DNA of 64,000 nt, from positions 1 to 64,000 of the forward strand of contig VJWM01000192.1 of NCBI GenBank assembly GCA_010909165.1, written 5' to 3'. A program made the position numbers and the translations under genes. A model generated the notes under the pieces. It made no database searches. It was not told the DNA's origin and worked only from the letters and a program-made list of their open reading frames with translations. How positions within the stretch are numbered: position 1 is the stretch's first letter; each line of letters begins with the position of its first letter. Shown here in pieces: positions 37,959 through 50,175 of the stretch. This stretch comes from Anthoceros angustus. Taxonomy: Eukaryota; Plantae; Anthocerotophyta.

Positions 37959-40900
37959 ATGGCTGTTCTGAAGGACCCCTTGTTGCCACCTGGGGATGGG
38001 GATGCTGAAGCAAGGAATCCCGATGCTGGCATGAAGCCTGCAACTCAACGACCTGTCGCTGTGGATTTTCTGTTCTTGAAGCGTGTTTGGAGGTTGATGG
38101 TCATTGCCAGGGCAGGATGGGCATTTGTGCTTGTGATTCTATCAGTTCTCAGCGTGGTAGTTGTGTCCAGAGCTGGTCTGGTCATTGGCCACTTTTATCT
38201 GGCTCTCATCAACAAGGATATGCAGGTAGCGTATCGGGAGCGTAACAAAGCTTGGTTTGTTAGCTATCCATAATCATGAATATTTAGTGTGAATTCAGTT
38301 GTTTGTGTTTATCTTACACCTTTTGTGTGCTTTGCTGACAGCTTCTATGGGACGCTATTCGACTTTCCTTGTTGTGGTATGGGGCAGAGTCAATATGCAG
38401 TGCAGCACAGGTCTGGACAGCTGAGCTCTTAGCTTTACACTGGCGGAAAAACCTTACAGACGCTTGTCACCCTATTTATCTTACAGGTTCCAATCTCTGT
38501 GCACTCAACAGTCCTGTACAGATTATCGACAATCCGGATGAACGTGTGACACAAGAGTTGTATAATTTCTCTCAATCCCTTGCACAATTTATGTTGGAAA
38601 CAATTGCTGCACCACTTATGATAGTATACTATACATGGTGGGTTTGGAAATATGTGGGCTGGTATGGTCCCGTTACTGTATACGTTTTCTTTGTAGTGGG
38701 TGCTACAGTTACCAGGTGGATCATCTCTCCAATTGCAGGTCTTGTTGCAAGACAAGAAAAATTGGAAGCCTTTTTCAGAATCTCCCACGTCCGGTAACAT
38801 ACCAAGTCTTTTCTTAGAGCTTGTCTCGGTGGACCATGACCTTGACCATGAATTTTGTCTCTATTATTCTTGTCCTCCGGCAGTTCTAATGCTGTCTGCA
38901 TATTTGATGGTGACATGGATCATGCAGAATACGTAGAAATGCAGAAAGTATTGCTCTGAATGATAGTGGAGCACTGGAGCAGACTGAGCTGGAAAGAAAC
39001 TTTGGAGCTGTCCTGCTGAACCAGAGAAAGCTGGTTACGAGACACTGTTGGTTAGATTTTGTAACGAAGGCTTACAGTTATCTAGGTGAGCACTTTGTTG
39101 GCTGAATTGAGCTTCTACTGGGCCCTTATTTGTGGAGTTGCGGGTGGTTTACATGCTCGTGCGCACCTGGGTATTTGCAGGTAGCATCTTGAATTATTGT
39201 GTGGTGGGACTTGCGGTCTTCGGGGGACGTTATGATCAGGGATCAAGTGGGGATGTAGCAAACATGATCAGCAACGCATCCTTCTCTGTCCTGCAACTGA
39301 TTTTCAGGTATCCTTGGTCAAGTCATGTGCCTACCAAATTGCTCTATCTTTGCCAACTGTAACAGAAGCTGATAAACGAACTCTGCTCTGCAGCTTTACT
39401 CAGATCATTGAGACTGCCAAAAAGGTTTCTGATCTAGCTGGTTACACAGTTCGAGTTGCAGAGTTGTTTGAAGCACTGGACCTCCTTCCTGCGGTCTCTG
39501 ATTCTTTGCCAGATACCGCTGATACTACTTCACTGAGCCCCAAGAAGTATCGGGTTGCAGAAGTCAAGGACGATTCTGCAAATGGTGGTCTGTCGGAGGA
39601 TTCTGTGGAACCGGATCTTACTGAGTTTCTGGCAATTCCACCATCACATTTTCGTCTCCAGGATAGCAGGGTGCTTGAGTACTCTGTCCACTTCTCGCCA
39701 TCAGAGATTCGGCACATGCTAGCTGGTGTGTTCCCTGAGGTAGACCCGAGGGCAATTTTGGTTATCACCACCTTCCAACCGGCAGCAATCAACCTTTGGC
39801 CTGCTGCCTGCTGTCTGTATGAGGACGGCTCGACGTCACGAGATGCAGAGAAGAGTAATCTGGAGGTGGGGGTACAGGAGGAGATGAGCACCTTGGCCAA
39901 CCTGTTTCTTGCCTGGCAGCAAGAAGTGACTGACAGACTGAAATGTTCAGGACACTGGGCAGATGCCGTACATCCATGGACTGGGCTTCCCATTGGTACC
40001 TCTAGTCAAAGTGGGTCTTTAGAAGCTCCCTCATCCACCTCTCCGTCATCTGCAGAATCAACTGTATTGGAAGTGTCAGATGGGCCAAAGTTCAGACAGG
40101 TGGATGCTGCTCGTGTCCTTTTTGGCTACGCATCCATAGACGTTGGCTGCGGTAACGTCCTAGTCCACCCGAAGTACTTCACTCGCTGTTTTCCAGCCTC
40201 TGTGTTCACAACTGCCCCCTTGGGGGTACTGCTCTCAACAATGCAGTCCGTCCAGGAGGTGTACATATCGAAGGCAGGTTTACAGATGGGTGATGACGGT
40301 GCTGGCAGTGTGGAGGCAACTTGGGTCAGTGAGAATGCAGCTGTGCCGGGGGAGGTTGCTGCCCTTATATGTGACAACCTCACTCTCAAGATTCCGCATA
40401 CCCAACAGCTGATAGTGCAGTCCCTAAGTTTGAGAGTGAAGTGGGGGGAATCCCTTCTCATCACAGGTCCAACTGGTAGTGGCAAGACCAGCTTACTTCG
40501 AGCCATTGGTGGTGTGTGGCCACTGCAATCAGGTGCTGATTCTTGCCACTATCGGTGCAATGTTCCGCTCTTGAGCATAACCCGGCCTGATGCTCCGCTC
40601 TGGTGCAGGAAGGTTCTGGGTTCCGCCTCGGCTCGAGGGGAAGGGTGTGCTGTTCATTCCCCAGACACCACTCCTAGTGAAAGGAGGCCTTGCAGCTCAG
40701 ATCTGTTACCCCGACCAGGATAATTCTTCAACCGAAGTCTGCACACATCGACTTCGAGAAGCCTTACAAGCAGTGGGAATGGTCTACCTGCTCGACAAGG
40801 TGACAGAAGACTGGCAGGTTTGTCGGACCCCTCTCGATGTCATCAGGAATGGATATAGGTAACGTCTTCATCGAGGAACAGGAAGTGATTCTGATATCCG

Positions 40901-41272
40901 TTTGCGCTATGCAGAAACATATTGATATCGACACCCTCTCACCAGGGGAGAAGCAGAGCCTCTCGCTTGCACGCGTGCTGTACCATCGACCACAGCTCGC
41001 GATCATGGACGAAGCAACAAGCGCTTTGAATGAAGAGGCTGAGGTTAGTGATAAAGGAAGGCATCAGGTCAGGGGCACAGTTTGATCGTTTGCTAGTGCG
41101 AAAACTCATTCCGCGGCTTTAAATGATCTGCCCACAGGATCGAATTTACAAGCATATCATGAAGCTGGGTATCACGGTGGTCAGTGTGGCTCACAGACGA
41201 AGCCTCTTTCACTACCACACAAACATTCTGCAAATTCAAGGCGATGGAGAAGGTAGCTGGGCTACTAATTGA
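37959..41272 (+). CDS. ABCD4/CblJ-like half ABC transporter with an internal MMADHC/CblD domain
   Basis: Exons 37959-38225, 38342-38793, 38928-39085, 39181-39307, 39394-40532, 40609-40817, 40915-41043, 41138-41272 (all GT-AG). Membrane domain: [27 protein letters not shown]. ATPase domain: Walker [10 protein letters not shown], signature LSPGEKQ, Walker [17 protein letters not shown]. CblD-like block at ~39635-40250. Confidence 0.9.
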
Positions 41273-42319
41273 TGGGAAAAAGGCCGACTAAAAGACGCAG
41301 CTACATATAAAGCCGCCGTGCTTTACATCGTGAAAGACATTACGAATCTACGTTCGCACTGTCTGTGAGCTGGATTCATAGGTACTAGGTGCACATACCT
41401 TCGTCCTTCACCTTGCGTCGCAGAAAAATCCTGTCCCTGTCACGTAGTAAAAGACAAGCAACGATACTGAAAACATTGGCGCAATGGGCTATGGAAATGA
41501 AGTCTGCCCCGTCGGAACGCGTCATTAGTAAACCGTGGAATACAGTTGCCTGGGAAAGTTTCTGTTCTATGGCAAGTGGTCCTGCGCAGGACTTCTCTTC
41601 CTTCCAAGTTTCCTCCTACCTCATCGGGCAAGATCGCCTATCACAGTCCTCAGCCAATCAGAACAGCGGGTATAACTGCCAGCGACACTGCATGTGAACT
41701 TACCTGTGCCACCACAACCCATCGGGCACTGACATGCAGAGCAAAGTTCACGGAGAGCAGGCAAATCGGCAGTCATGCGGAGAACAAACAATGACAGACG
41801 TCACCGGAATGGGCTGGAAACAGAGATATCCTGGGCGAGGAGTCTCAAATTACAAATTGGGGGACAACCCAAATAAAGGAACAAGACACTACCGTTTAAC
41901 AGCAAACTTTGAAATGCAGCAGGCCTGCCATACGAGACCACCGTGCGTGAGTCCCCATCTGGGCTTGGCCCGGTTTCTATCCTGCGACTGGCTAGCCTCA
42001 TTCCCAGGATAACTTGGGCGGGAACTCGAGCAACCAATAACTTAGAGCAAAACATATGCTCAAGCTGACGTTCTTCTCCAACATTGAGTAAAGGTTGGCA
42101 TGGTTCCTACATCTGCCTTACTAGAGATTTCCTACCTTCTGATACATGGCAGAAATAACGGGATCACAAAGCCAAACCACCAGACATCCCAATTTCCACC
42201 CTTCATCTGAAGCAGAGGCCACCAGATAGATAACTAGCAATGATGACACTGGTATGTACAATCATCTATCGGACTTGGTTTTGAAACCTCTGGAGATATA
42301 TATGTATGCACTGCGCATG

Positions 42320-43582
42320 TCAGGCCCGTCTTGAATTATTTCGTTTCAAAGCTGACCTTTCTAATGAGGAGATGAATTTTCGGAGGTGGCGAATATATTC
42401 TGGATAAAGCTCAAGGTTGCAGTGACCGCCACCTTTCAGCCATAGAGGTTCATACTTTTCCTTACAGAGATCCCACAGCTGCTTTCCATGTGAGCAGTCA
42501 ACAACCTCGTCAGCCGTTCCCTGTAAACAAGCGCACCAATTCAAGCAACAAGCATTAGGTCCACAAGCTGCATAGCCTGAAATTTGCTCAGGCCGTCACT
42601 AAAATCTGAATGATTTTAAGATTCAAAGTGGCCTGGAAAAGGACTCACGTGCATGATGAGTACAGGGCATGTGACCTGCCCAATTTTGTCAATGTTCTGC
42701 AAAGTAACAAGGAGAGCATCACATCAGATATGCATCGCTTCAATTGGGCAGTCGGAGAGGGAGTTCAGGAGTGGGAGGTTTACTTTGTAGATGTCAAACC
42801 AATAAGTTCTCTTCACAGGGTACATAACCCTCAAGCCTGAAAGGATTGGACTATGCAGAACCACTGCTCGCAAGCGGGGCAACCGAGCTGCCAAATCCAA
42901 CGTCGGTCCACTCCCCACAGACTGTCCATACAGGACAACATCTTCTTGCTTCGCTCCATACTGCTTGTGGAGACAGTCGTAAGCTGCTTCGATGTCGGCA
43001 TACGTGTTCGGTTCAGTCGGCTGTAAGCATAAACGAAGGAAGTGTCTCAGCACTTTCTTAAGTTCCAGGAGACGTAGCCCCTGAAATCAATTGAATCCAC
43101 ACCTGACACACTATCAAGAAAAGCTAACCTTTCCAGAAGACGCTCCGTACCCGGTATAATCGTACCTACACAATTCAAAGAACAAAACAGGCGATTACGC
43201 CGGGCCGGAAGAAGGAAGCCGCGCAAACCGCGTTGCAATACAGTCCCGGAAGCTGGCCAAAAGGTGTACAGAAAAAATACCCTAGCACATTGACATGAAG
43301 ATGCACACTGAGCTCCACAAACAGCTCGTACATTTGCCCCAAATCAGCTGCATTCCCATGCGAGTAGAGCAGCGTGAGCGTCGCGGACGGGTTGCGCACA
43401 TACAAGGCTATGATATCCTGCGCCCGCTTAGTACGCAAGCGCAGCACATCCACGTTGTCTCGCAGCGGGACGTCGGCAAACCTCAACTTCCCCGTCAGCT
43501 CATCAGTCACCACCCTATACGACGGCGGATTGGGAGGGAAAAATGCAAATCTAGCGGCCACCGAGGATGTCACTGCTCCCAT
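42320..43582 (-). CDS. ABHD17-like alpha/beta hydrolase (acyl-protein thioesterase), 5 exons
   Basis: [57 protein letters not shown] and GGHCNLE. Confidence 0.95.
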
Positions 43583-46500
43583 CCCTCCCTACCACAGGAA
43601 CCCCTGGCTTCCTCGATCTGGCCACTGCTCTGCTTTGCTATCCACCGCAAACCCTGCCTCCTACTACAGAAACTAAACGCCGCTCCAAACGTCCCAAATT
43701 CCTTGCAGCTCTCCCCCTGCGCAGCAAACCTAGAGAAGAGGAAGGTGCAACGGCCCGGCCCTGGCCAGATTGCTCACATAGTCACAGCCGCACGCCGGGC
43801 TGACCGAGAGCCCCGCTTCCTCCGCGCTCCGCGGCCTCCATGGACGCGATCGCGGAGCAACTACGGGAGGCGCCAGTGCGTGCGCATGGCCGCGGGCGGA
43901 TCTACAGCAAAGCCGCAGAGCACCAGAGCGAAGCGCAGAGCACCAAGATCCGCACGCGAGGTAAGAGTGCCAGACTGGGAAACGCGTCACGCGCGGAGGA
44001 GAGACGAATTTTTGAGCCCGCGCCGGAAAGAAAAAGGCAACAAGAAAGCCTTGCTTGTCCTGGTCGAGGAGGCGCATGCGCATGCCCTACTCATCTGCCT
44101 AGCATGCTTGTCCTCTTCTATTCATTTGTTGAAGGCATCATGCTCCTCACTTCCAGCCTCTCGCCATTTCGTTCTCAAACGTGTCCCGTCGGCTGCCGTT
44201 CCCCTCGCTTTGCACACCTATATTTAGACAAGGTGAAAAATCGTCATTACCTACGTATATATGCCCATATAAAATTTCTATTTCATTCTCTTACAAGTTG
44301 CTTACGCCATGGAGAGATGTGGAAGCCTTCTCATGCTCCGGGTCTCATAAGTGGACTACAAAATCTTCTTCACTGAATCAAATCAGGAAGCCTTATAAAC
44401 AGGCATGACCTATTTCGTAATAATTAACAACAATGGCTAAATATTGGGTTGTGTCAATTTCAAAATAAATCACATTGTGCGAAAGTGAATTGATTAGGTT
44501 GGCCAAACGAAGGAATAATCTTAACCTCTCTTGGGCTATCTTCCAAATTGGATGATAGTAAATGGGAACACTCGAAGATAGGGCACAGCCCATGAATGTA
44601 GCTGGCTACGAGTGTGCCAAGGTGGTGGAAGCCAGTTGGAAGCATAGTGCCTGCAATTCTTCCAAAGCTTCACTCACAAGTCAATTGTGAGGCGTTCATC
44701 TCATTGCATGTAAGTATTTATACTGCTTTGAGTGTAGCGTAATTAATGATTACATTTGCACTTGGGCACCTGTGCGTGGTTAATAATTACATTTGCACTG
44801 AGATGGCTCCTGGCTACTTTGTGGCACAAAAATATAGTGCGCCAGAAGCAACAGGTCATGGCTATATTGTGGTAAAATCGTAGAGTGTAGAAGAAGCATG
44901 AGGTTGCCAATGTTTCTGGAGAATTACAAGCTTTTATCGTAGAGAAAGTGTTGGTTGTGCTTAATACGCGATGAGCAAGTTGCTTTCGTTTGCATCTAGA
45001 TGTTTGCCTTGATTTGTTTTGTTTGATTGTTTGTAAAGAAAGTGTTCAATTTCCTTGATTTCTTCGTTGTCACTCGTCTTTTTCTTTGCACTTTTGTCTA
45101 AATGTGAATATCCAACACTATTCATTATACAAGGCAAACTACACCTATAAAGACAATCCTCATAAAAAGATATAAAAAGTTCGTTTTCATCTGTCGATGG
45201 AGCAAAACTTAGGCTGGTCGAAAAGCCTACATTATGGAGGCAACAAGGGTTGTTTATCAAGGGTTGTGCTAAAGCCTACCACACCCATAAGAACGGTGTA
45301 GGCCTTCCCTATCATGTGTGGTGGCTTTCTTCCAGCAAAGTGTTTCCATCACTCTACAGAGTTATTTTCAAGACGACTTTGAATACGGGACATGTTGCAT
45401 CTTCAGCTCTGGTGGTAAGTAGGCCCTTCTTATCCTAGATTAGGACATCTTGGGGGCGGTATGTACCTTTAGGGTAGACACTCGTGGAGGCTAGTCCCCT
45501 TTTTGGCCGGGGCCCTATTGTGGGTTGTTCTCCAACGCTTTGATATAGATAGATAGATTATAAGATTTATTACATGCTGCATGTCTCACACATAGATGGA
45601 CTTTCCATCTCTGTTTATTTTATAAAGTCTCAAATAATCCTCTGTTTCTAGTAGAGGCAATATTGCACTCAGCTATATAATCTACAATCTTTCCTTTCCA
45701 TACAGATTACCTAGTTGAAAGGTATTTGTACGACGGATAAGAATGTTGTGGGATTTGATGGTGACACATACACGGCAACATGGGCTGCCCCTTTTTGGCC
45801 CTTCCTTCGGGTACCTAGTCGTCGTCGTGGCTCCGTCGGCCTTTTTCCTTTTAGCCCCAGCCATAGGTACGTGACCATTTACGGGGTTATGAAGTATCCA
45901 TTTATTGTTTTGAGCCGTTTACGTATGTAGATGGTAGGGCCTGGCCTGCGGGAAGCACGACCTTGAGCTGCAGCTCTTATGCTGGAATGGATGTAAAGCT
46001 GATGATTGATAGAAAGCATGATGTGATCGAATATTGCCGCCATTTAAAGATCCAGGTGCATACATATGCAGCTGCAGCCATTGAAGCAGGGGAATCCGTG
46101 TCTTCTCTGGGCCCTCGAGGTTCTGTCCCCAGATGCAAATCAAGCAGCCAATCTTTTCTGTTCTGGCGAGCCGGTTCCCCGATGAGGAATAGGATTAGAA
46201 TAGTCGAGGCCGGCGGCCATGGTTGAAACCTGGAGAATCGTTGTATGACACAGGCGAGCGTCCTGCCAAATCAGCTGATACTGCATACCAATTATGTGCC
46301 ACGCAAACCATGCTTGCATGGAAGTTCGAGTCCATGCGCATCCCGTAACATTAGAACCACTTGTTGCGTCCATAGGGAACTTGCCTGCCTTGGTCTCGGA
46401 CTCCCACGCGGCGCCGTTGAGCTGCATCACCTCAAGTACTCGAGTATGACGCGCTCGGGAAGGTGAGTTAATTGCTAGTGGTCGGCATCCGCCAAGCTCC

Positions 46501-48073
46501 AGGCAGATTAGAGCCGCTCGCTTTTTTGAGGACTCAGGATTTTTGGAAACCTAAGCCGAGTGTCGTAGTGCATGCGGGGCATGCTTGTGCCAAGTTCGAC
46601 ATGATGCACAGATGGCTTCACACTGGACGAGATTGCATGTGCTGCTAACAATGAGTACCCCGGATGTGGAAACCAGCAGGCGAGGATCTCCTCGGAATTA
46701 GCTTTCCTGAAGCTGGTGGCTCCCATGAGGGTAGACTGAGAGGACAAAGCTCTTCTACCTGCAGGTCCTGATTCAGAAGAGGATCTCCTGCATGTTACTC
46801 TTGACCGCTGGTTGTCGAACCCTAGTCTCTGCTCGCGTTTGCACCTGCCAGGCCTTCTTCCTGCACAGCGGCCTAAAGAGAAGGCTTCTTGGCCTGTGTC
46901 CTGATGGCAAAACCTTGCGAGACATTCCTCAAGTCACATAATTTTGGACAAGTCCGGTTGCACTCTCCTAACATCGCAGCAATGACGCACGAAGAAGGAG
47001 GGAATTACGATCTGCAAGCTCATTTGTATCCCACTGGCCCAGCAAATCAGCTTACGGCACCGGCCCAGGTTCAGGACTACTCCCCTTCCCACAAGGCTCA
47101 AGGGCGGCAGCAGATACATGGCCATCTAGCTCCCCACTTGACCCGCGCATCTGACGAAGCAATTGCATATCCTGCTTGTCTTATCCTGCGTTTCACATGG
47201 TTCTGAAAATATGAAAGACTACATGAAGGCGTATGGTTAACCTCACGAGCATGCGAGCATACATACGTAGGCTGTGGTTGCACAGGAACCCCTCCCGTGT
47301 TCACGAAATTCAGGCATTCTTGGCAGCGGCAGGACGTATTTGAGGAGGGACAATTCCGTGGAGAGGGGGCAGAGTTTTTAGGGTACCTAGCCTACTTACA
47401 GCAAGAAATTTGCATATGCAAGAGATTTGTAACCATCAAAGCAAGTTGCACTGTTCCTATTGTATTCCCCTGTACTTGAACGTCCTGTCCTTTTGGGAAA
47501 TCCAGAAGTCCTTCTGATAGAGATGAAGTTCTTGCCGCAAAGTGTCCACTGCACTTCGGTGTAACAGAGATGTAGCTCTTACCGCACTGTGGCCGGAGTT
47601 TCTGTACAGCATGAACGGGTTAGCATGGATTTAATCGTACCTTGGATGTAATTGATATGGACCATGGCTACAGGCACATTCAAACTGTAGACGTCCACTG
47701 ACATCAGAATGTGCCATTGCACATGGACGAGGACAACCTAGCAGAGCTGTGCAATGCCGTCAACAGCCCAGGTGGTTCTCAGTCAGGTCAAACATTTCCT
47801 GCCTATGGAAGGAGTATGGGAGCTTCAGGTCATCCCACGTCGTCTGCACATAGTCGTGGTTATGGGAAACGGGAAACCTCGAATCTTGATGGTATTTTAG
47901 ACGAAGGGCACCTCGACGACGGAAGGCAAAATCATATCGAATGACATTGACCATGCGGCGAAAATGGGAGCTGGTCATACCGATGAGACATAGCTTGGGC
48001 TTAGAGAGAAGGCTTCTTCGCCTGTGTCCTGCTGGAAAACCTGTGGAGACATTCCTCAAGTCACATAACTGAT

Positions 48074-48107
48074 AACCCTAAACCCTAAGCCCTAAACCCT
48101 AAACCCT
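48074..48107 (+). repeat. Interstitial telomere-type repeats (AAACCCT)~5
   Basis: AACCCTAAACCCTAAGCCCTAAACCCTAAACCCT. Confidence 0.85.
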
Positions 48108-50175
48108 TTGACACAAACACGGAAAATGGAGGGGACAACCAATTGAAATGCAAAGACAAGGGCAGTTGAAATGAAACATCCGCTGCTAAGTTCCCGTCTT
48201 CCCGGCACAGCCCTTGCATGAAACCAGAACTCTGCCGGCAACATTTTCCATCAGTCTCCATCACCATGGGTTTCCTAGCTATGACAGTCAGCATCAGAAA
48301 CGCCATGGAGCCTGGAGCGGGTAGAATGCAACTAATGCTGGATGCGGTGGCCAAATGAAATGCACGTCCCGAGGCGGTTTTTCGGGGCCAGGCTCTGTTG
48401 CTGGAAGGCCGGGACTCGATAGCTACCATTCGCCAGACTTCCGGTCAGGAATGCCCTCCTTGCAGAACAACTCGTACAAGACAGCTTGTTAGACGGACGC
48501 GCACTTTGCTGGCCGGCCCTCCAAAGCTTGCTCCCAGACGAGTTCTCCGGGCATGGACAAGTTTCCGAGTTACAAATCCGCCACAGCTCATCAGTCCGCA
48601 CGGATTTGATCCGTGTGCACATGGCACAGACAATGTGCGCGCAGATCAGGGTTTAGTCACATACATACGGTGGTTTCTGTTGCAACAGCGATCGTGCGGA
48701 CGCCCGCGCCGCATGTGCGTTGCAGCATGCTCCTTGGCACAAAGCTGGCAAGGACGACGTGGCCCCGTTCTCACGAACCGCGCTCACAAATCGAGGCGTC
48801 GACTTGGTGTTTGCGGCTCAAGAAAGGGGCACACGAGCGGGCCCCCGGCTCGCCATTTTTTTTCATTTATTTGTTCAAAACAACCGCCGGGCGTTCCCGC
48901 CCTCCCAGGACGTCTTGGCAGCTTTCCGGCGCAACCGGCGGAACCGGCCCAGCCGGTCAGTGACGGTTACGCCTCCACGGTGGTTGGAGCCGGGGCCGAC
49001 GACACGGCCGCACCAGCAGACGCAGCGCGACGGGCTACCCCACACACCTACTAGATCTGCGCCATGTCACATGCGCGCGCCCTTCAAATAATTCCGCCTT
49101 GCCGCGCGCGCGGTCGGCGACTGCCGGTCGCGGCCCGCGACCGGCCCCGGATTCTTGTCCTAATAAGAAACGCCCCCGCGCTGCCCGAACGCGGCTGCCC
49201 GCCCCCGCGATTCAGCCGGTTGACCCGCTCCAATTATTGTTTTGTTTGAAATTAGCGCCGAAGCACGCAGGCTCGGAGCCGAGGCAGCAGGTTCAAACGA
49301 GCGACGATCCGGGCCGGGGCGGGTCGCTGCCCGGGCTGCCCGTTCTGCCCGGGCTGCCCGCTGCCCGGCCGCGCCACTGAGACGCACGAAGCGAGCGGAG
49401 CGCCGGGAAGAAGCAGCGAGCGAGCCGGACGACAAGTCTGAAGACGCAGCCGAGCCCGGCCAGCCACCAAGATCCTCCATCTTTGTATTATCCGTGTGTT
49501 GCCCAATTTCTGTTGCATCTTGCCTCGCCTCGCCCCGCCCCGCCGGCAAGCCTGGTCCCCCCGGGATCGCTTCCTTCCTGCTTCCAGCCTTCCGGGCTTC
49601 CAGCCTTCCAGGTGGAGGTGGTTGGTATCTGGATCCCCCGCTCCCCCTCGGGATCGCAAAGAAGGGTGCTTGATCCGCCCCCCAGGCCCCCGCGCACCGC
49701 ATTGCTCACCTCTGGGCTGCAGCATTCTGCGATTTCTGGGGAGGGGGCCCCGCCGCGGGCATTGGCGATTTGGGTTGTTCGGGGGCCTGCAATTGGGGGC
49801 CGGGGATTTGGGGGTGAGGCATTTTTGGTTCGCGGTGGGGGCAGGATTGGGTTGGGATTGGGGGAGAAGGTTGTGGGGATCTGGGTTGTGAGGTGGGGGC
49901 GGAATTGGGCTTCGTCGACGCGGATCGGGGTTTGTGCTGCGGGAGGGTGTTGAGCTGGGTGGGATTGAGGGCTGCAGCGGGAGCTGCAGAGATGGCGTAG
50001 TGGGGAGCGAATTGGAGCAGAGGTTGTCCAGGTTAGTAGTTTCCGGGAGGCCTGACTTGATGCATCCAGGCGGATGCAGGTGCTGCTCTTGTGGGGTGAT
50101 GAGTGATGGGGTTGTGGTTGGACGCGGCGAGTTGTTGTAGGAAGCGTGCATGACGGCTATGGCAGCAGTGTTGTG

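Noticed and set aside
39308-39393. ABCD intron with a U12-like donor GTATCCTT
   Set aside because: There is no CCTTAAC-type branch site near the acceptor, so a U12 call is unsupported.
43295-44227. 310-aa plus-strand ORF
   Set aside because: Antisense to ABHD17 exon 1 and its GC-rich promoter, with no recognisable domain.
45900-48620. Coding-like short ORFs upstream of the kinesin
   Set aside because: No family could be recognised and no coherent gene model could be built without a search.
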